From NCBI GenBank assembly GCA_964606485.1, contig CAZSGP010000003.1:2481-66480 (forward strand): a stretch of 64,000 bases of DNA. Reading direction: 5' to 3'. The notes under the pieces are model-generated. The model saw nothing but the letters and a program-made list of their open reading frames with translations. It did not search any database and had not been told where the DNA came from. The position numbers and the translations under genes were made by a program. Positions 1 to 8,434 of this stretch are shown here, piece by piece; positions within the stretch are counted from its first letter, which is position 1, and the number at the start of each line of letters is the position of its first letter. The stretch is from an uncultured Planctomycetia bacterium (GTDB taxonomy: Bacteria > Omnitrophota > Gorgyraeia > 2-02-FULL-51-18).

Positions 1-81
1 GAATGGGTTGAGCGCTCACGCCAAATTAGCGGAAAGAACGCGAAGATTAGGAGTAGCCAGAAGAAAGCCGCTAGACTTTGA
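1..81 (+). CDS. 3' end of an upstream gene, product unknown; partial at the window edge.
   Basis: Open frame 1 from the window edge, ending in TGA at 79-81 and overlapping the TTG start of the next gene. Confidence 0.3.
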   Translation, partial: EWVERSRQISGKNAKIRSSQKKAARL

Positions 82-299
82 AAATATCCGTAAAAGCACA
101 TCCAAAATCTAGAGTTTCAAAAATTATCCGGAAATCAGAGCGAGAGTTTGAGGTGTGGGTGCGTGAGGCTCCGGATAAAGGCAAAGCCAACATGGCGGTC
201 ATTGAAGCATTGGCGGAGATCCTGAGACTGCCAAAGTCCAGATTATCGATAGTGAGTGGACAGGCTGGACGGAATAAAATCATTCAGATTGATTGCTGA
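78..299 (+). CDS. DUF167 (YggU/UPF0235) family protein.
   Basis: 73 aa from a TTG start. The KANxAvIexLAexL...SxxxIvSGxxxRxKiIqI pattern is typical of YggU-like proteins. Confidence 0.65.
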   Translation: MKISVKAHPKSRVSKIIRKSEREFEVWVREAPDKGKANMAVIEALAEILRLPKSRLSIVSGQAGRNKIIQIDC

Positions 300-325
300 A
301 GTGAAAAGGGGATAGAATTAACTAG

Positions 326-670
326 ATGAGTATCATTTTTGTTGTTAAAGCGCTTGTCGCCGGACTGTTGATTGCGTTCGCATCAACGGTGGCTGGTAAG
401 AAGCCGGTGTTGGCGGGCTTTATTATTGCGTTGCCGCTCACCTCGATGATTGCAATTCTTTTTTCGTATTTCCAGTATCGAGACATGGCAAAAATAAACC
501 AATTTGCCCAATCGATCTTTGTGGTTGTGCCGCTGTCGCTTACTTTTTTCCTGCCTTTTCTGCTGAATAGATGGCTTAAGATGAGTTTTCTCGCAACATT
601 TCTGCTGGGGTTGACCTTTCTAGGTATTTCGTACTTTATAGCCATCACTAAAATGAAAGTAACGCTCTGA
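326..670 (+). CDS. Small integral membrane protein of unknown function.
   Basis: 114 aa with 3-4 hydrophobic helices and no recognisable motif. Confidence 0.45.
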   Translation: MSIIFVVKALVAGLLIAFASTVAGKKPVLAGFIIALPLTSMIAILFSYFQYRDMAKINQFAQSIFVVVPLSLTFFLPFLLNRWLKMSFLATFLLGLTFLGISYFIAITKMKVTL

Positions 671-675
671 AGAAC

Positions 676-1383
676 TTGAAATCACAGAAGATTTTTATTC
701 TCAAGCATGTGGCAAATGAGGGCGCTGGGACGATAGAGGCGTTCTTGCGGAAAGCCAACGAGCCATTTGAAGTAGTTGAGCTGTGCGATGGCGCGAAGTT
801 GCCTGCACTAAATGAGGTGGAGCGGCTTGTTGTGATGGGCGGCCCGATGAATGTCTACGAAGAGGAGGGTTATCCCTTTCTTAAAAATGAGACTGAATTT
901 ATTGCGCGGGCGCTTGAGTGTAGAATTCCAACGCTAGGGATTTGTTTGGGTGCTCAGCTTATCGCGAAGGCTCTAGGTGCTAAAGTTTACAAGGCGGCGG
1001 TAAAGGAGACAGGTTGGGGTGATATTCAATTGAATAAAGAAGCTCTGCGCGATCCCATTTTTTCAGAAATGAATTTTCCAGTGACACGAGTGCTTCAATG
1101 GCATGAAGACACGTTTGATTTGCCAAAGGGATCTGTTTTACTCGCCTCGAGTCTGCAGGTGCCGAACCAGGCTTTTCGTGTGAACAATTCTTATGGATTG
1201 CAGTTTCATATTGAGGTGGATCGTGAAATGCTTTGCGATTGGTTTGGGAAGATGCCCGAGTCTAAAAACATTCTCGCAGAATTCGATCGTTACGAACCGG
1301 AGTTGAAGGTGATCTGTGATAACATTTATAAAAAATTCTTTACCCCTAAGAACACGGGCTGCGTGGGTGAGGGGAAGTTGTGA
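676..1383 (+). CDS. Class I glutamine amidotransferase (GATase1, GuaA-like domain).
   Basis: The GICLGAQL nucleophile-elbow cysteine motif and downstream His/Glu region are present; TTG start. Confidence 0.8.
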   Translation: MKSQKIFILKHVANEGAGTIEAFLRKANEPFEVVELCDGAKLPALNEVERLVVMGGPMNVYEEEGYPFLKNETEFIARALECRIPTLGICLGAQLIAKALGAKVYKAAVKETGWGDIQLNKEALRDPIFSEMNFPVTRVLQWHEDTFDLPKGSVLLASSLQVPNQAFRVNNSYGLQFHIEVDREMLCDWFGKMPESKNILAEFDRYEPELKVICDNIYKKFFTPKNTGCVGEGKL

Positions 1384-1637
1384 GAATGCCGGGCAGGGGT
1401 CCGGTTCCCGATTCGTTTATGAGTGTGGGCTTGGCGATTTTAGGTGGAATTCTTTTGGTTATGTTTTTGTCGATCGCACGGAATATTTATGAATCCAAAG
1501 TGCACCCGGACACGAGTGCGAGGCAGCCTAGACCACCGCTTCGAATCGATCAATTGAATTCGCGCGGGATGACGGAGCTTGTGGTGGGACGCCGAGAAAA
1601 CCGGAAGGAGGGTGAGGAGTGGAATCAAAATCGTTAG
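1380..1637 (+). CDS. Hypothetical small protein with one predicted transmembrane helix.
   Basis: 85 aa ORF with a single hydrophobic segment; start overlaps the GATase stop. No homology recognised, so it may be non-coding. Confidence 0.25.
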   Translation: MRMPGRGPVPDSFMSVGLAILGGILLVMFLSIARNIYESKVHPDTSARQPRPPLRIDQLNSRGMTELVVGRRENRKEGEEWNQNR

Positions 1638-2128
1638 CCGCGCTGCACCCTCGCCGCGTGGAGATACCGGCGCTCATTATTGTTTCAATCATTTTATTTT
1701 TTTACGGTTTAAAGCTTCCGGTGCTCAGCGTGAAACAGCTTTGGATTTTTAAGAACACATTTTCCATTTTGACCGGCATGGAGGCTTTGTGGAGTGACAA
1801 GCACTACGGTCTTACGATTATTATTTTTGCCTTTTCTATTATATTCCCAGCAATAAAAATGATTACGCTAGGACTTATTTGGTTTGTGCGAATGACGGCC
1901 GAAAAAAGACAGCGAATTTTGTCTTGGCTTGAGATTTTGGGGAAGTGGTCTATGCTCGATGTTTTTGTGGTCGCCGTTACGATTGTAGCGGTTAAGTTTG
2001 GAGTGTTTGCGGACGCTCAGCCGCGGATCGGAATCTACTTTTTTTCGGGGTCTATTATTCTGTCCATGGCCGTCACGGTGTGGATTGATATGTTGGTTAA
2101 TTCGGTAGTAAAAAATGTCAAACCCTGA
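1619..2128 (+). CDS. PqiA-family (paraquat-inducible protein A-like) membrane protein, single-domain form.
   Basis: GTG start preceded by AGGAGG. Shows the characteristic WSMLDVFVVAV helix and the GL..P hydrophobic pattern of the PqiA domain. Confidence 0.6.
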   Translation: MESKSLAALHPRRVEIPALIIVSIILFFYGLKLPVLSVKQLWIFKNTFSILTGMEALWSDKHYGLTIIIFAFSIIFPAIKMITLGLIWFVRMTAEKRQRILSWLEILGKWSMLDVFVVAVTIVAVKFGVFADAQPRIGIYFFSGSIILSMAVTVWIDMLVNSVVKNVKP

Positions 2129-2315
2129 AGAAGATCTAACCTATGGCTGTCCGTACTGCATGACGGTTAACGGCATTCGGGTGGATCACACCGGCGGAAG
2201 CCGCCAGTCGTTTATCACGGACTGCGAGAATTGCTGTCGCCCGATTGAAATTGAAATTGATATCGAGTCGGATGGTTATGTGAATCTCATAGCCAAGCGT
2301 GAGGGCGAAGGTTAA
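2115..2315 (+). CDS. CPXCG-motif cysteine-rich zinc-ribbon protein.
   Basis: 66 aa carrying the pairs CPYC...CENCC. Confidence 0.6.
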   Translation: MSNPEEDLTYGCPYCMTVNGIRVDHTGGSRQSFITDCENCCRPIEIEIDIESDGYVNLIAKREGEG

Positions 2316-2337
2316 TCGGTAGACAGAATAATCGGTC

Positions 2338-2847
2338 ATGCATTATGATATTCAAAAAAAGAAAGGGTTGTTTATGAGCATGGTTGTCGAAGCGTTGAAG
2401 CGTACTAACAAAGTCAAAGAAGCGGAAGTGGTTGAAACCGCAAAGAATTCATCGCCGGTTTTATCGGTTCCAGAAAAAAAATCTTTCTCGTCGAACAAAG
2501 TCGCGTTTATCGCACTATTTTTTATGGCCCTCGCTGTTTGTTATTTGTGGGCAGGCGTTCAAAATGGACTTTTAAAAATGAATGAGCTGCGTGAAAAGGC
2601 CGGATCGGACATTCAGATGTCCGAAGAGCGCTTAACTCAGCAGATTCAAGGTCTTCAAGCGGACCTCGATCAGCTCAGAGCTCAAAATGTGCTTACAGCT
2701 TCCAAAGCAGAGTCTGCCAAAAGCTACGCTGTTTATACACGCAAGCAAAGCGTTAATTTTGAAAAGCGTACCGAAAATAACTTCGGCAATGTTTACACGC
2801 GCGTTAGGAGCTTGGCTAAGAGCCAGAACGAATCTCCTGCTCAGTGA
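2338..2847 (+). CDS. Hypothetical membrane-anchored coiled-coil protein.
   Basis: One transmembrane segment (FIALFFMALAVCYLWAG) followed by a Gln/Leu-rich heptad region. The start is uncertain and an internal MSMVV start is possible. Confidence 0.4.
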   Translation: MHYDIQKKKGLFMSMVVEALKRTNKVKEAEVVETAKNSSPVLSVPEKKSFSSNKVAFIALFFMALAVCYLWAGVQNGLLKMNELREKAGSDIQMSEERLTQQIQGLQADLDQLRAQNVLTASKAESAKSYAVYTRKQSVNFEKRTENNFGNVYTRVRSLAKSQNESPAQ

Positions 2848-3542
2848 TTCAAATTCGCCGATCCAAAGAGAGAGGCTTTTTTGATCACGGCTGGCTAAGA
2901 ACGCACCATACTTTTTCCTTTGCCGATTATTTTGATCCGAAGTTTACTGGGTTTCGTTCGCTTCGCGTGATCAATGAGGATTTTGTAGAAGCAGGAAAAG
3001 GTTTTGGAACGCACCCCCACCGGGACATGGAAATCATTACGTATATCCTAGAGGGCGCTGTCGAGCACAAAGACAGTATGGGTAACGGATCTATTATTCA
3101 GCCTGGTGATGTTCAGAGAATGAGCGCAGGAACAGGTGTGACTCACAGCGAGTTTAACCCGCTCAAAGACCAGGCGCTTCATTTGCTTCAGATTTGGATA
3201 TTGCCCGAAAAAAAATCGATCCCCCCAAGCTATGAGCAAAAAAGTTTAAACCCGGATGACAAGCTAAATCGATTGTGTTTGGCTGCGTCCGGTAAAAATG
3301 CGCACTCCTATGTAAAAATTAACCAGGATGTGGATCTGTACATTGCTAATCTGGAGAGTGGTAAATCCGTTAAACACGCACTGAGCTCTTCTCGTTTTGC
3401 TTGGGTGCAGGTGGCGCGAGGATCCGTGATTGTGAATCAGGCGCCGTTAGAAGAGGGGGATGGCGCTGCTGTCAGCGCTGAGGAAAATTTATTTATCACT
3501 GCCAAAGATAATTCTGAGATTCTGCTTTTTGATTTAGCCTAA
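2844..3542 (+). CDS. Pirin family protein.
   Basis: Cupin motifs HPHRDMEIITYILEG and GTGVTHSEFN; length 232 aa. Confidence 0.85.
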   Translation: MIQIRRSKERGFFDHGWLRTHHTFSFADYFDPKFTGFRSLRVINEDFVEAGKGFGTHPHRDMEIITYILEGAVEHKDSMGNGSIIQPGDVQRMSAGTGVTHSEFNPLKDQALHLLQIWILPEKKSIPPSYEQKSLNPDDKLNRLCLAASGKNAHSYVKINQDVDLYIANLESGKSVKHALSSSRFAWVQVARGSVIVNQAPLEEGDGAAVSAEENLFITAKDNSEILLFDLA

Positions 3543-3898
3543 TGAAAACGACTCGATTAGCCGCTTTTTTTGGTCTTACCGGTGTCCTGCTTGGCGCATT
3601 CGGCGCTCACGCCTTAAAGGCTCATCTTGAGCCCGAAATGATGCAGATTTACCAGACAGGTGTGTTGTATCAATTTATACACGCACTCGCGCTCCTTTTT
3701 GTCGGGAGAACGAGCGCCCCTGTAAAGCCTGGGCCCATTTGGCCAGCTTATTTATTCACCGTCGGAATTATTTTATTTTCAGGAAGTTTGTATCTACTTT
3801 CTTTGACTGGCTTGCGTTGGTTGGGGGCTATAACGCCTCTCGGCGGAATTTGTTTTGTGGCGGGATGGGTCACTCTTCTGGTGAAGTATGAATTTTAA
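3542..3898 (+). CDS. DUF423 (YgdD-like) membrane protein.
   Basis: N-terminal G..GV.LGAFGAHAL motif and four predicted transmembrane helices. Confidence 0.7.
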   Translation: MKTTRLAAFFGLTGVLLGAFGAHALKAHLEPEMMQIYQTGVLYQFIHALALLFVGRTSAPVKPGPIWPAYLFTVGIILFSGSLYLLSLTGLRWLGAITPLGGICFVAGWVTLLVKYEF

Positions 3899-4088
3899 AA
3901 GCCCCGCTGTTTGGCTTCTGGTGACAATTGCGCTTTTATGGGCGTGCACGTATTTGCCACTTATAATCAAAGACGACAAAATCCGTTCGTGGGTGATGCG
4001 GTGGGTATTGGTACCGGTGAGCATTGTGATTATGATTTACGTATACCCAGTTGGAATTGAAATTTTTAAAAAAATCGCTCTACGTTGA
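3888..4088 (+). CDS. Small hypothetical membrane protein.
   Basis: 66 aa with two hydrophobic helices; no homology recognised. Confidence 0.3.
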   Translation: MNFKSPAVWLLVTIALLWACTYLPLIIKDDKIRSWVMRWVLVPVSIVIMIYVYPVGIEIFKKIALR

Positions 4089-4089
4089 G

Positions 4090-4503
4090 ATGCTGCTACG
4101 GTTTTGGGTTTCAACCGTTTGTTTGGCGATAATTCCTGTTACGGTGGTTTGGGCAAGGCCGAGCGTTCAGGAAAGTCAGATTTTTGACGCCCAAATCGCT
4201 CAGGAGATTAGTGATTTTGAAGCGTCGCTAAAGAAGTCAGAGCCCAATCCAAGGGCTAAGGCGATTCAGGAGTTTGAGCAAACCAAAAAGCAGAAGGTGG
4301 CGGATTTTCAGGCGAGGCTCTTGGGGTTTTCGGCTGGCCAGAAGAGTATTTTGCAGAATGAGTTTGCGTCGGAGCTTGCGGCGGATCAAAAGGCTTTTAA
4401 TGAAAAGTTAAAAACAATCGGACCGGATACTTCGAATTTGCAGGATAAGCGAAAAAAATTTATGAAACAGATTCAAGAAAAAATGACCGAGTTTTACGCT
4501 TAA
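4090..4503 (+). CDS. Hypothetical secreted coiled-coil protein.
   Basis: Signal-peptide-like MLLRFWVSTVCLAIIPVTVVWA followed by a charged helical region. Start placed at the internal Met of the ORF that begins at 4051. Confidence 0.4.
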   Translation: MLLRFWVSTVCLAIIPVTVVWARPSVQESQIFDAQIAQEISDFEASLKKSEPNPRAKAIQEFEQTKKQKVADFQARLLGFSAGQKSILQNEFASELAADQKAFNEKLKTIGPDTSNLQDKRKKFMKQIQEKMTEFYA

Positions 4504-4526
4504 ATTAATTAAAAAAGGAGAATGGA

Positions 4527-4907
4527 ATGGATCGGAAAAATATCTCAAGCGGTTCTAAATGGGAGCCAATATTGGGCTACTCAAGAGCCGTTAAAATTGG
4601 CAAACAAATTTTTGTTTCTGGAACAACGGGTTCAGGCGCGGACGGAAAAGTGACCGGCGACTCCTACGCTCAAACCAAGCAAGCGATCCTGAATATTCAG
4701 GCGGGTCTAGCTCAAGCTGGCGCGAGTCTCAAGGATGTGGTGCGTACGAGAGTTTATTGCGTGAACATCGAAGAGTGGGAAAAGATTGGGAAAGCGCACG
4801 GGGAATTTTTTGGAGAGATTCGCCCAGCGCTGGCCATGGTCGAAGTGAAGCGCTTGATTTCCCCTGAAATGCTTGTGGAGATTGAAGCGGACGCGGTGAT
4901 TTCATAA
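4527..4907 (+). CDS. ridA: RidA/YjgF family reactive-intermediate deaminase.
   Basis: RBS AAGGAG upstream. The YjgF fold motifs (GxxxxxSG..G, RTRVYC.N, EVE) are conserved. Confidence 0.85.
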   Translation: MDRKNISSGSKWEPILGYSRAVKIGKQIFVSGTTGSGADGKVTGDSYAQTKQAILNIQAGLAQAGASLKDVVRTRVYCVNIEEWEKIGKAHGEFFGEIRPALAMVEVKRLISPEMLVEIEADAVIS

Positions 4908-4931
4908 CCAATTTTAAAAAGGAGATTTCAA

Positions 4932-5408
4932 ATGGGTAGTCCAGTGGTGGTGCTTGAAACGAATGCAGGAAATATCGAAATTGAACTCATGCCTCAGGTT
5001 GCGCCGAAAGCGTGCGAAAATTTTATGGGTCTCGCGGATAAGGGTTACTACAACGGACTTATTTTTCACCGCGTGATTCGCGAGTTTATGATTCAGGGTG
5101 GGGATCCGACCGGAACGGGTTCGGGCGGAGAATCGATCTGGGGAAAAAATTTTCAGGACGAGGTGAACATTGATGTTAAATTCAATAAGCCTGGGATTCT
5201 AGCAATGGCAAACGCAGGCCCCAACACCAACGGAAGCCAGTTTTTCATCACAACGGCTAAAACGCCATGGCTTCATCAGAAGCACACTATTTTTGGAAAA
5301 GTGATTGCGGGCTACGACGTCGTCGAAACGATTGAAAAATGTGACGTGAACGGGGAAGACCGACCGCTCAAAGAGCAAAAAATTGTAAAGGCGTATGTCC
5401 GGAAATAA
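4932..5408 (+). CDS. ppiB: Cyclophilin-type peptidyl-prolyl cis-trans isomerase.
   Basis: RBS AAGGAG upstream. Motifs FHRVIREFMIQGGDP...GTGSGGESIWG and NGSQFFIT. Confidence 0.9.
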   Translation: MGSPVVVLETNAGNIEIELMPQVAPKACENFMGLADKGYYNGLIFHRVIREFMIQGGDPTGTGSGGESIWGKNFQDEVNIDVKFNKPGILAMANAGPNTNGSQFFITTAKTPWLHQKHTIFGKVIAGYDVVETIEKCDVNGEDRPLKEQKIVKAYVRK

Positions 5409-5961
5409 ATTCTTAGCGCTATTTTTTGTTTTAGGGCTAGGGTTGGGGTTGGAAGCGCTGGACGCCGCTGCGGCCGAGGGTGTACGCAATATTCAAGTTC
5501 AAGCTGAGTTTCGTGTGGGTGCTAGCGTTTTCCAGGGCAACACCCAAACTCGCTCAGAGTCGTCGACAGTGCAAATGTTGGTGGTTAGCGACGGTCTTGA
5601 GGGGAAAATATTTATTGGTTCACAGCTGCCGTATCTGGAGTGGTATCGAAACTACCTTCAAAACGAAGGGTACCTCACGGGAAATATTGTTTTTCGCGAC
5701 GTTGGAGCGAGTCTCGTGGTGCGGCCAAGAATTGTGGGTGGTCGCATAGAGGTTTCGTTGACGCCTGAAATTTCGTACCAGACGCAGGATGGTATCGGGG
5801 CCATTCAGGTTTCAAAATTATCAACCACGCTTTACGCGGTAAACGGGCAAACGCTGGAAGTGGGCGGTTCGACCAGTGTGTCGGAATTTGGGAATCGATT
5901 TTACCGCACCGAAAGCGGGCAGTCTCTCCGAGTGCTTGTGACGCCGCGGATTTTAGAATAG
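5395..5961 (+). CDS. Signal-peptide protein consisting only of a secretin-like C-terminal domain.
   Basis: N-terminal signal peptide. The core resembles the PF00263 pattern (P.i.v..G.eA.I..G...P; AG..L.v.P.I..g.I.L....E.S; t.v.v.nGqTl.vGG......TEllv.vTPrI). Confidence 0.5.
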   Translation: MSGNKFLALFFVLGLGLGLEALDAAAAEGVRNIQVQAEFRVGASVFQGNTQTRSESSTVQMLVVSDGLEGKIFIGSQLPYLEWYRNYLQNEGYLTGNIVFRDVGASLVVRPRIVGGRIEVSLTPEISYQTQDGIGAIQVSKLSTTLYAVNGQTLEVGGSTSVSEFGNRFYRTESGQSLRVLVTPRILE

Positions 5962-5971
5962 GAGCTATTCT

Positions 5972-6226
5972 TTGAATCCGGAAGATATTCAGTTTCCTGT
6001 ATTGTGTCATTACAAAGTTATTTCGATTGACCGCGATGGGATGCAGTCGGACATTGAAAAAGTTTTTTTGGAAGTGAATATTCGTGTGCGCTTTCAGCGC
6101 GGGCATAATTCGGAAAACGAAAAGTACGTAACCTATAATGCCGACGTAATGATTCACTCGCTGGAACTGATGCGTTATATCGACCGGGCGCTCAAAGCGA
6201 TTGATGGCGTCAAGATTGTTCTATAA
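5972..6226 (+). CDS. DUF493 (YbeD/UPF0250) family protein.
   Basis: 84 aa with the FP..y.fKVI pattern typical of YbeD. Confidence 0.65.
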   Translation: MNPEDIQFPVLCHYKVISIDRDGMQSDIEKVFLEVNIRVRFQRGHNSENEKYVTYNADVMIHSLELMRYIDRALKAIDGVKIVL

Positions 6227-6242
6227 TGAAATGGAGTTTTAA

Positions 6243-6446
6243 ATGATTATTGTCGGAGCATTTGCTCTTATTCTAGTGCTGGTAGCGGTGTTGATGGTCT
6301 GGCTCAGCAAGGGAAGTGGCCAAGATGGCTCCGCGGGCGGATCGATCGTGAAAGAACTCCACGATCAACTTGAGATTAATCGAGCACTGAGACAAGAAAA
6401 CACCCAACTAAAAAAACAAATCGAAAAATTAAGCCACGGCAAATAG
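6243..6446 (+). CDS. Small membrane protein with a C-terminal coiled coil (FtsB/FtsL-like architecture).
   Basis: N-terminal transmembrane helix then an ELHDQLEINRALRQENTQLKKQIEKL heptad region. RBS GGAG upstream. Confidence 0.4.
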   Translation: MIIVGAFALILVLVAVLMVWLSKGSGQDGSAGGSIVKELHDQLEINRALRQENTQLKKQIEKLSHGK

Positions 6447-6459
6447 AATTACACGAGTC

Positions 6460-6537
6460 TTATTTGTCCCACCAACTCGGCAATGAAACCGCCAAATAGT
6501 ATTGTCTTAGCATATCAACCATATCCGGTGTAAGCAT
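6460..6537 (-). CDS. Candidate small ORF of 25 aa (MLTPDMVDMLRQYYLAVSLPSWWDK).
   Basis: A Shine-Dalgarno AAAGGAGGG sits 4-5 nt upstream of the ATG on the minus strand, inside a 180 nt intergenic gap. Below the ORF-track size cutoff. Confidence 0.2.
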   Translation of the reverse strand: MLTPDMVDMLRQYYLAVSLPSWWDK

Positions 6538-6626
6538 GTACCCTCCTTTTTGATGATGCAAGTATGCCTTTTATTTGTAAAAAATAGATTAAGAATGGAT
6601 AAATTTTCGATGATAAACTGTCTGAC

Positions 6627-7217
6627 ATGGCCCTCTCTCTAAACGCCGCAACATACGCAGATTTTAAGGCCCAACTCGCTAACTCTAATTGTTTGGATTG
6701 TGCTCTTTCAGCGGGGAGAACCCATATCGTGGTAGACCGGGGAAATTCCAATGCTTCCGTTTTAATTGTGGGTGAAGCTCCCGGTGAGAATGAGGATCTG
6801 CAAGGTAGGGCGTTTGTGGGTCGCGGTGGAAAGCTTTTAGACCAGCTGATGAAAGAGGTGGGTTTTGACACGGAGTCCGAGTCGCTAATCATCAACGTTG
6901 TCAAGTGCCGCCCGCCAGATAACCGGCGGCCAAAACCGGAGGAGGCCAAAGCTTGCTTTCCTTATTTGCGTCAGCAAATTGATTTCGTGAAACCAAAATT
7001 TGTTTTGCTTTTGGGTGCGACGGCGCTCAAACATTTGATACCCGAAAAAAAAGATTTTTCAATGAAGTCGCAGGTCGGAAAATTTTTCGAACACGCCGAT
7101 TTTCCTCAAGCTCAAATCATGGTGTTGTACCACCCGGCCTACATTCTAAGAGATCCGAGAAAAAAACCTGACATGCTCGGACACCTTCAATTTTTTAAGT
7201 CGGCGTACTCGCGTTGA
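6627..7217 (+). CDS. Family 4 uracil-DNA glycosylase.
   Basis: Motifs GEAPGENED and VVKCRPPDNRRP plus the 4Fe-4S cysteines. Confidence 0.85.
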   Translation: MALSLNAATYADFKAQLANSNCLDCALSAGRTHIVVDRGNSNASVLIVGEAPGENEDLQGRAFVGRGGKLLDQLMKEVGFDTESESLIINVVKCRPPDNRRPKPEEAKACFPYLRQQIDFVKPKFVLLLGATALKHLIPEKKDFSMKSQVGKFFEHADFPQAQIMVLYHPAYILRDPRKKPDMLGHLQFFKSAYSR

Positions 7218-8356
7218 AAAATCGCACCCTTTTCTTCATACCACTTTTTTTGGTTCTAGTCTCAAGCGCCTTACTTGCAAGCCAGGAGCAGGACCAATGG
7301 TCAAAGGATCTGTGGTGTCCGCGCTATACGCGCCAACATTCGGTTGTTGTGAAAGGTGTGTTGGAGGGAATTGCCTTTGAGAAAGAATACCCAGTTCCCG
7401 GCCCGGATGGACTTTATCCTATTCCGGTTGAAATGAAGGATTCAAAAGGCAATCTATATCGAGATGTCGTGGGAGTAATTAAAGACACCAAAGCGCCAGC
7501 CTTGCGCGACATTGAATACGCACATACCACTACGGAAGACATGGTAACCGTTAAAGGTTTTGTGGATGACAAAGCATTTACTCGTGTGTATGGGATTTCC
7601 GGGAGAAGTGGAAAATATTTTGTAGATCTTGTATTTTGTGACGAAGCTGAAAACTGCACGAATCAAAGCCTTGAAATCACGAAAGAGAGAAAGCTTCAGA
7701 AGCTTCTCGAGTGGAAGCCATTTGAAATTGTGGAAAGCGCTTCGACGGGCTACCGAGGTCAAGTGGCTGTTTTCGTGTCACAGGCCCGCCAAGCTTTAGT
7801 GTCGGTCGAGCATTCAATCGAAAAGCGTATCAAGGAAAGCGCCCCGCAAGTTTATGCGATTATTCTACACGTCAAAAAAATTTCGCAACCCAATTCTGCT
7901 CCCGTAAAAAATTCATCATCTCCAAATGCCGCTGAAGCACCTGTTTTTAAGCCGCTCACAAGTCTTGAGTCGGATTACCGTCAAAAAGCGCAAGCCTCCA
8001 TCGAGCAAGCTCCTAGCGCTCAAACAAATTTAGCGACTCCGAAAGAAACGCTGCCGTCTGCCGAACCCAGTAAAAGCACCGTTTTGCCATACGAAAAAAA
8101 AGAGTCTCAGATTTTTTCGGATGATCAATTAAAAAAAGCGGAAGAAGCTAAAAAGGAGAAAGAGAAAGCCGATAAAGCAGGTTATCAGTTTGGGGTGACG
8201 CGTCGCGTTCGAATGCCGGACGAAAGAGGCGGGATGACCATTATTATCGACAATCACCGAACCGGACAAAGAACCTTGATTCGAAAAGATTTAACCGGAA
8301 AAGAACAGAGTTACGAGCGAACCGAAATTCCAGAAAACGAAAGACAGAGAATATAG
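7214..8356 (+). CDS. Secreted hypothetical protein with a low-complexity Ser/Pro/Ala/Lys-rich C-terminal half.
   Basis: TTG start overlapping the UDG stop, then an N-terminal signal peptide. No recognisable domain. Confidence 0.45.
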   Translation: MKNRTLFFIPLFLVLVSSALLASQEQDQWSKDLWCPRYTRQHSVVVKGVLEGIAFEKEYPVPGPDGLYPIPVEMKDSKGNLYRDVVGVIKDTKAPALRDIEYAHTTTEDMVTVKGFVDDKAFTRVYGISGRSGKYFVDLVFCDEAENCTNQSLEITKERKLQKLLEWKPFEIVESASTGYRGQVAVFVSQARQALVSVEHSIEKRIKESAPQVYAIILHVKKISQPNSAPVKNSSSPNAAEAPVFKPLTSLESDYRQKAQASIEQAPSAQTNLATPKETLPSAEPSKSTVLPYEKKESQIFSDDQLKKAEEAKKEKEKADKAGYQFGVTRRVRMPDERGGMTIIIDNHRTGQRTLIRKDLTGKEQSYERTEIPENERQRI

Positions 8357-8395
8357 GAACCTTCGCGGAGAAGGTAGAGAAAGCCGTTTAGGCTG

Positions 8396-8404
8396 TGCTA
8401 TAAT
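8396..8404 (+). promoter_or_regulatory. Extended -10 promoter element (TGcTATAAT) for yebC.
   Basis: TGCTATAAT lies about 30 nt upstream of ATG 8435, and an AAGAGGAG RBS sits at 8417-8424. Confidence 0.5.
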
Positions 8405-8434
8405 CGGCTAAATTTTAAGAGGAGTTAAAGACTT

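Noticed and set aside
1380-1637. An N-terminal PqiA zinc-ribbon half split from 1619-2128 by a frameshift, which would make the pair a pseudogene.
   Set aside because: The 85 aa ORF has no CxxC pairs or PqiA-like helix pattern. The downstream gene has its own GTG start with a strong AGGAGG RBS, so there is no support for a frameshifted single gene.
6461-6487. Imperfect palindrome CAAATAGAATTACACGAGTCTTATTTG after the 6243-6446 gene, a possible terminator.
   Set aside because: Only a 6 bp stem with a 15 nt loop and no following T-run, which is too weak to call. The same bases form the 3' end of the candidate minus-strand small ORF.
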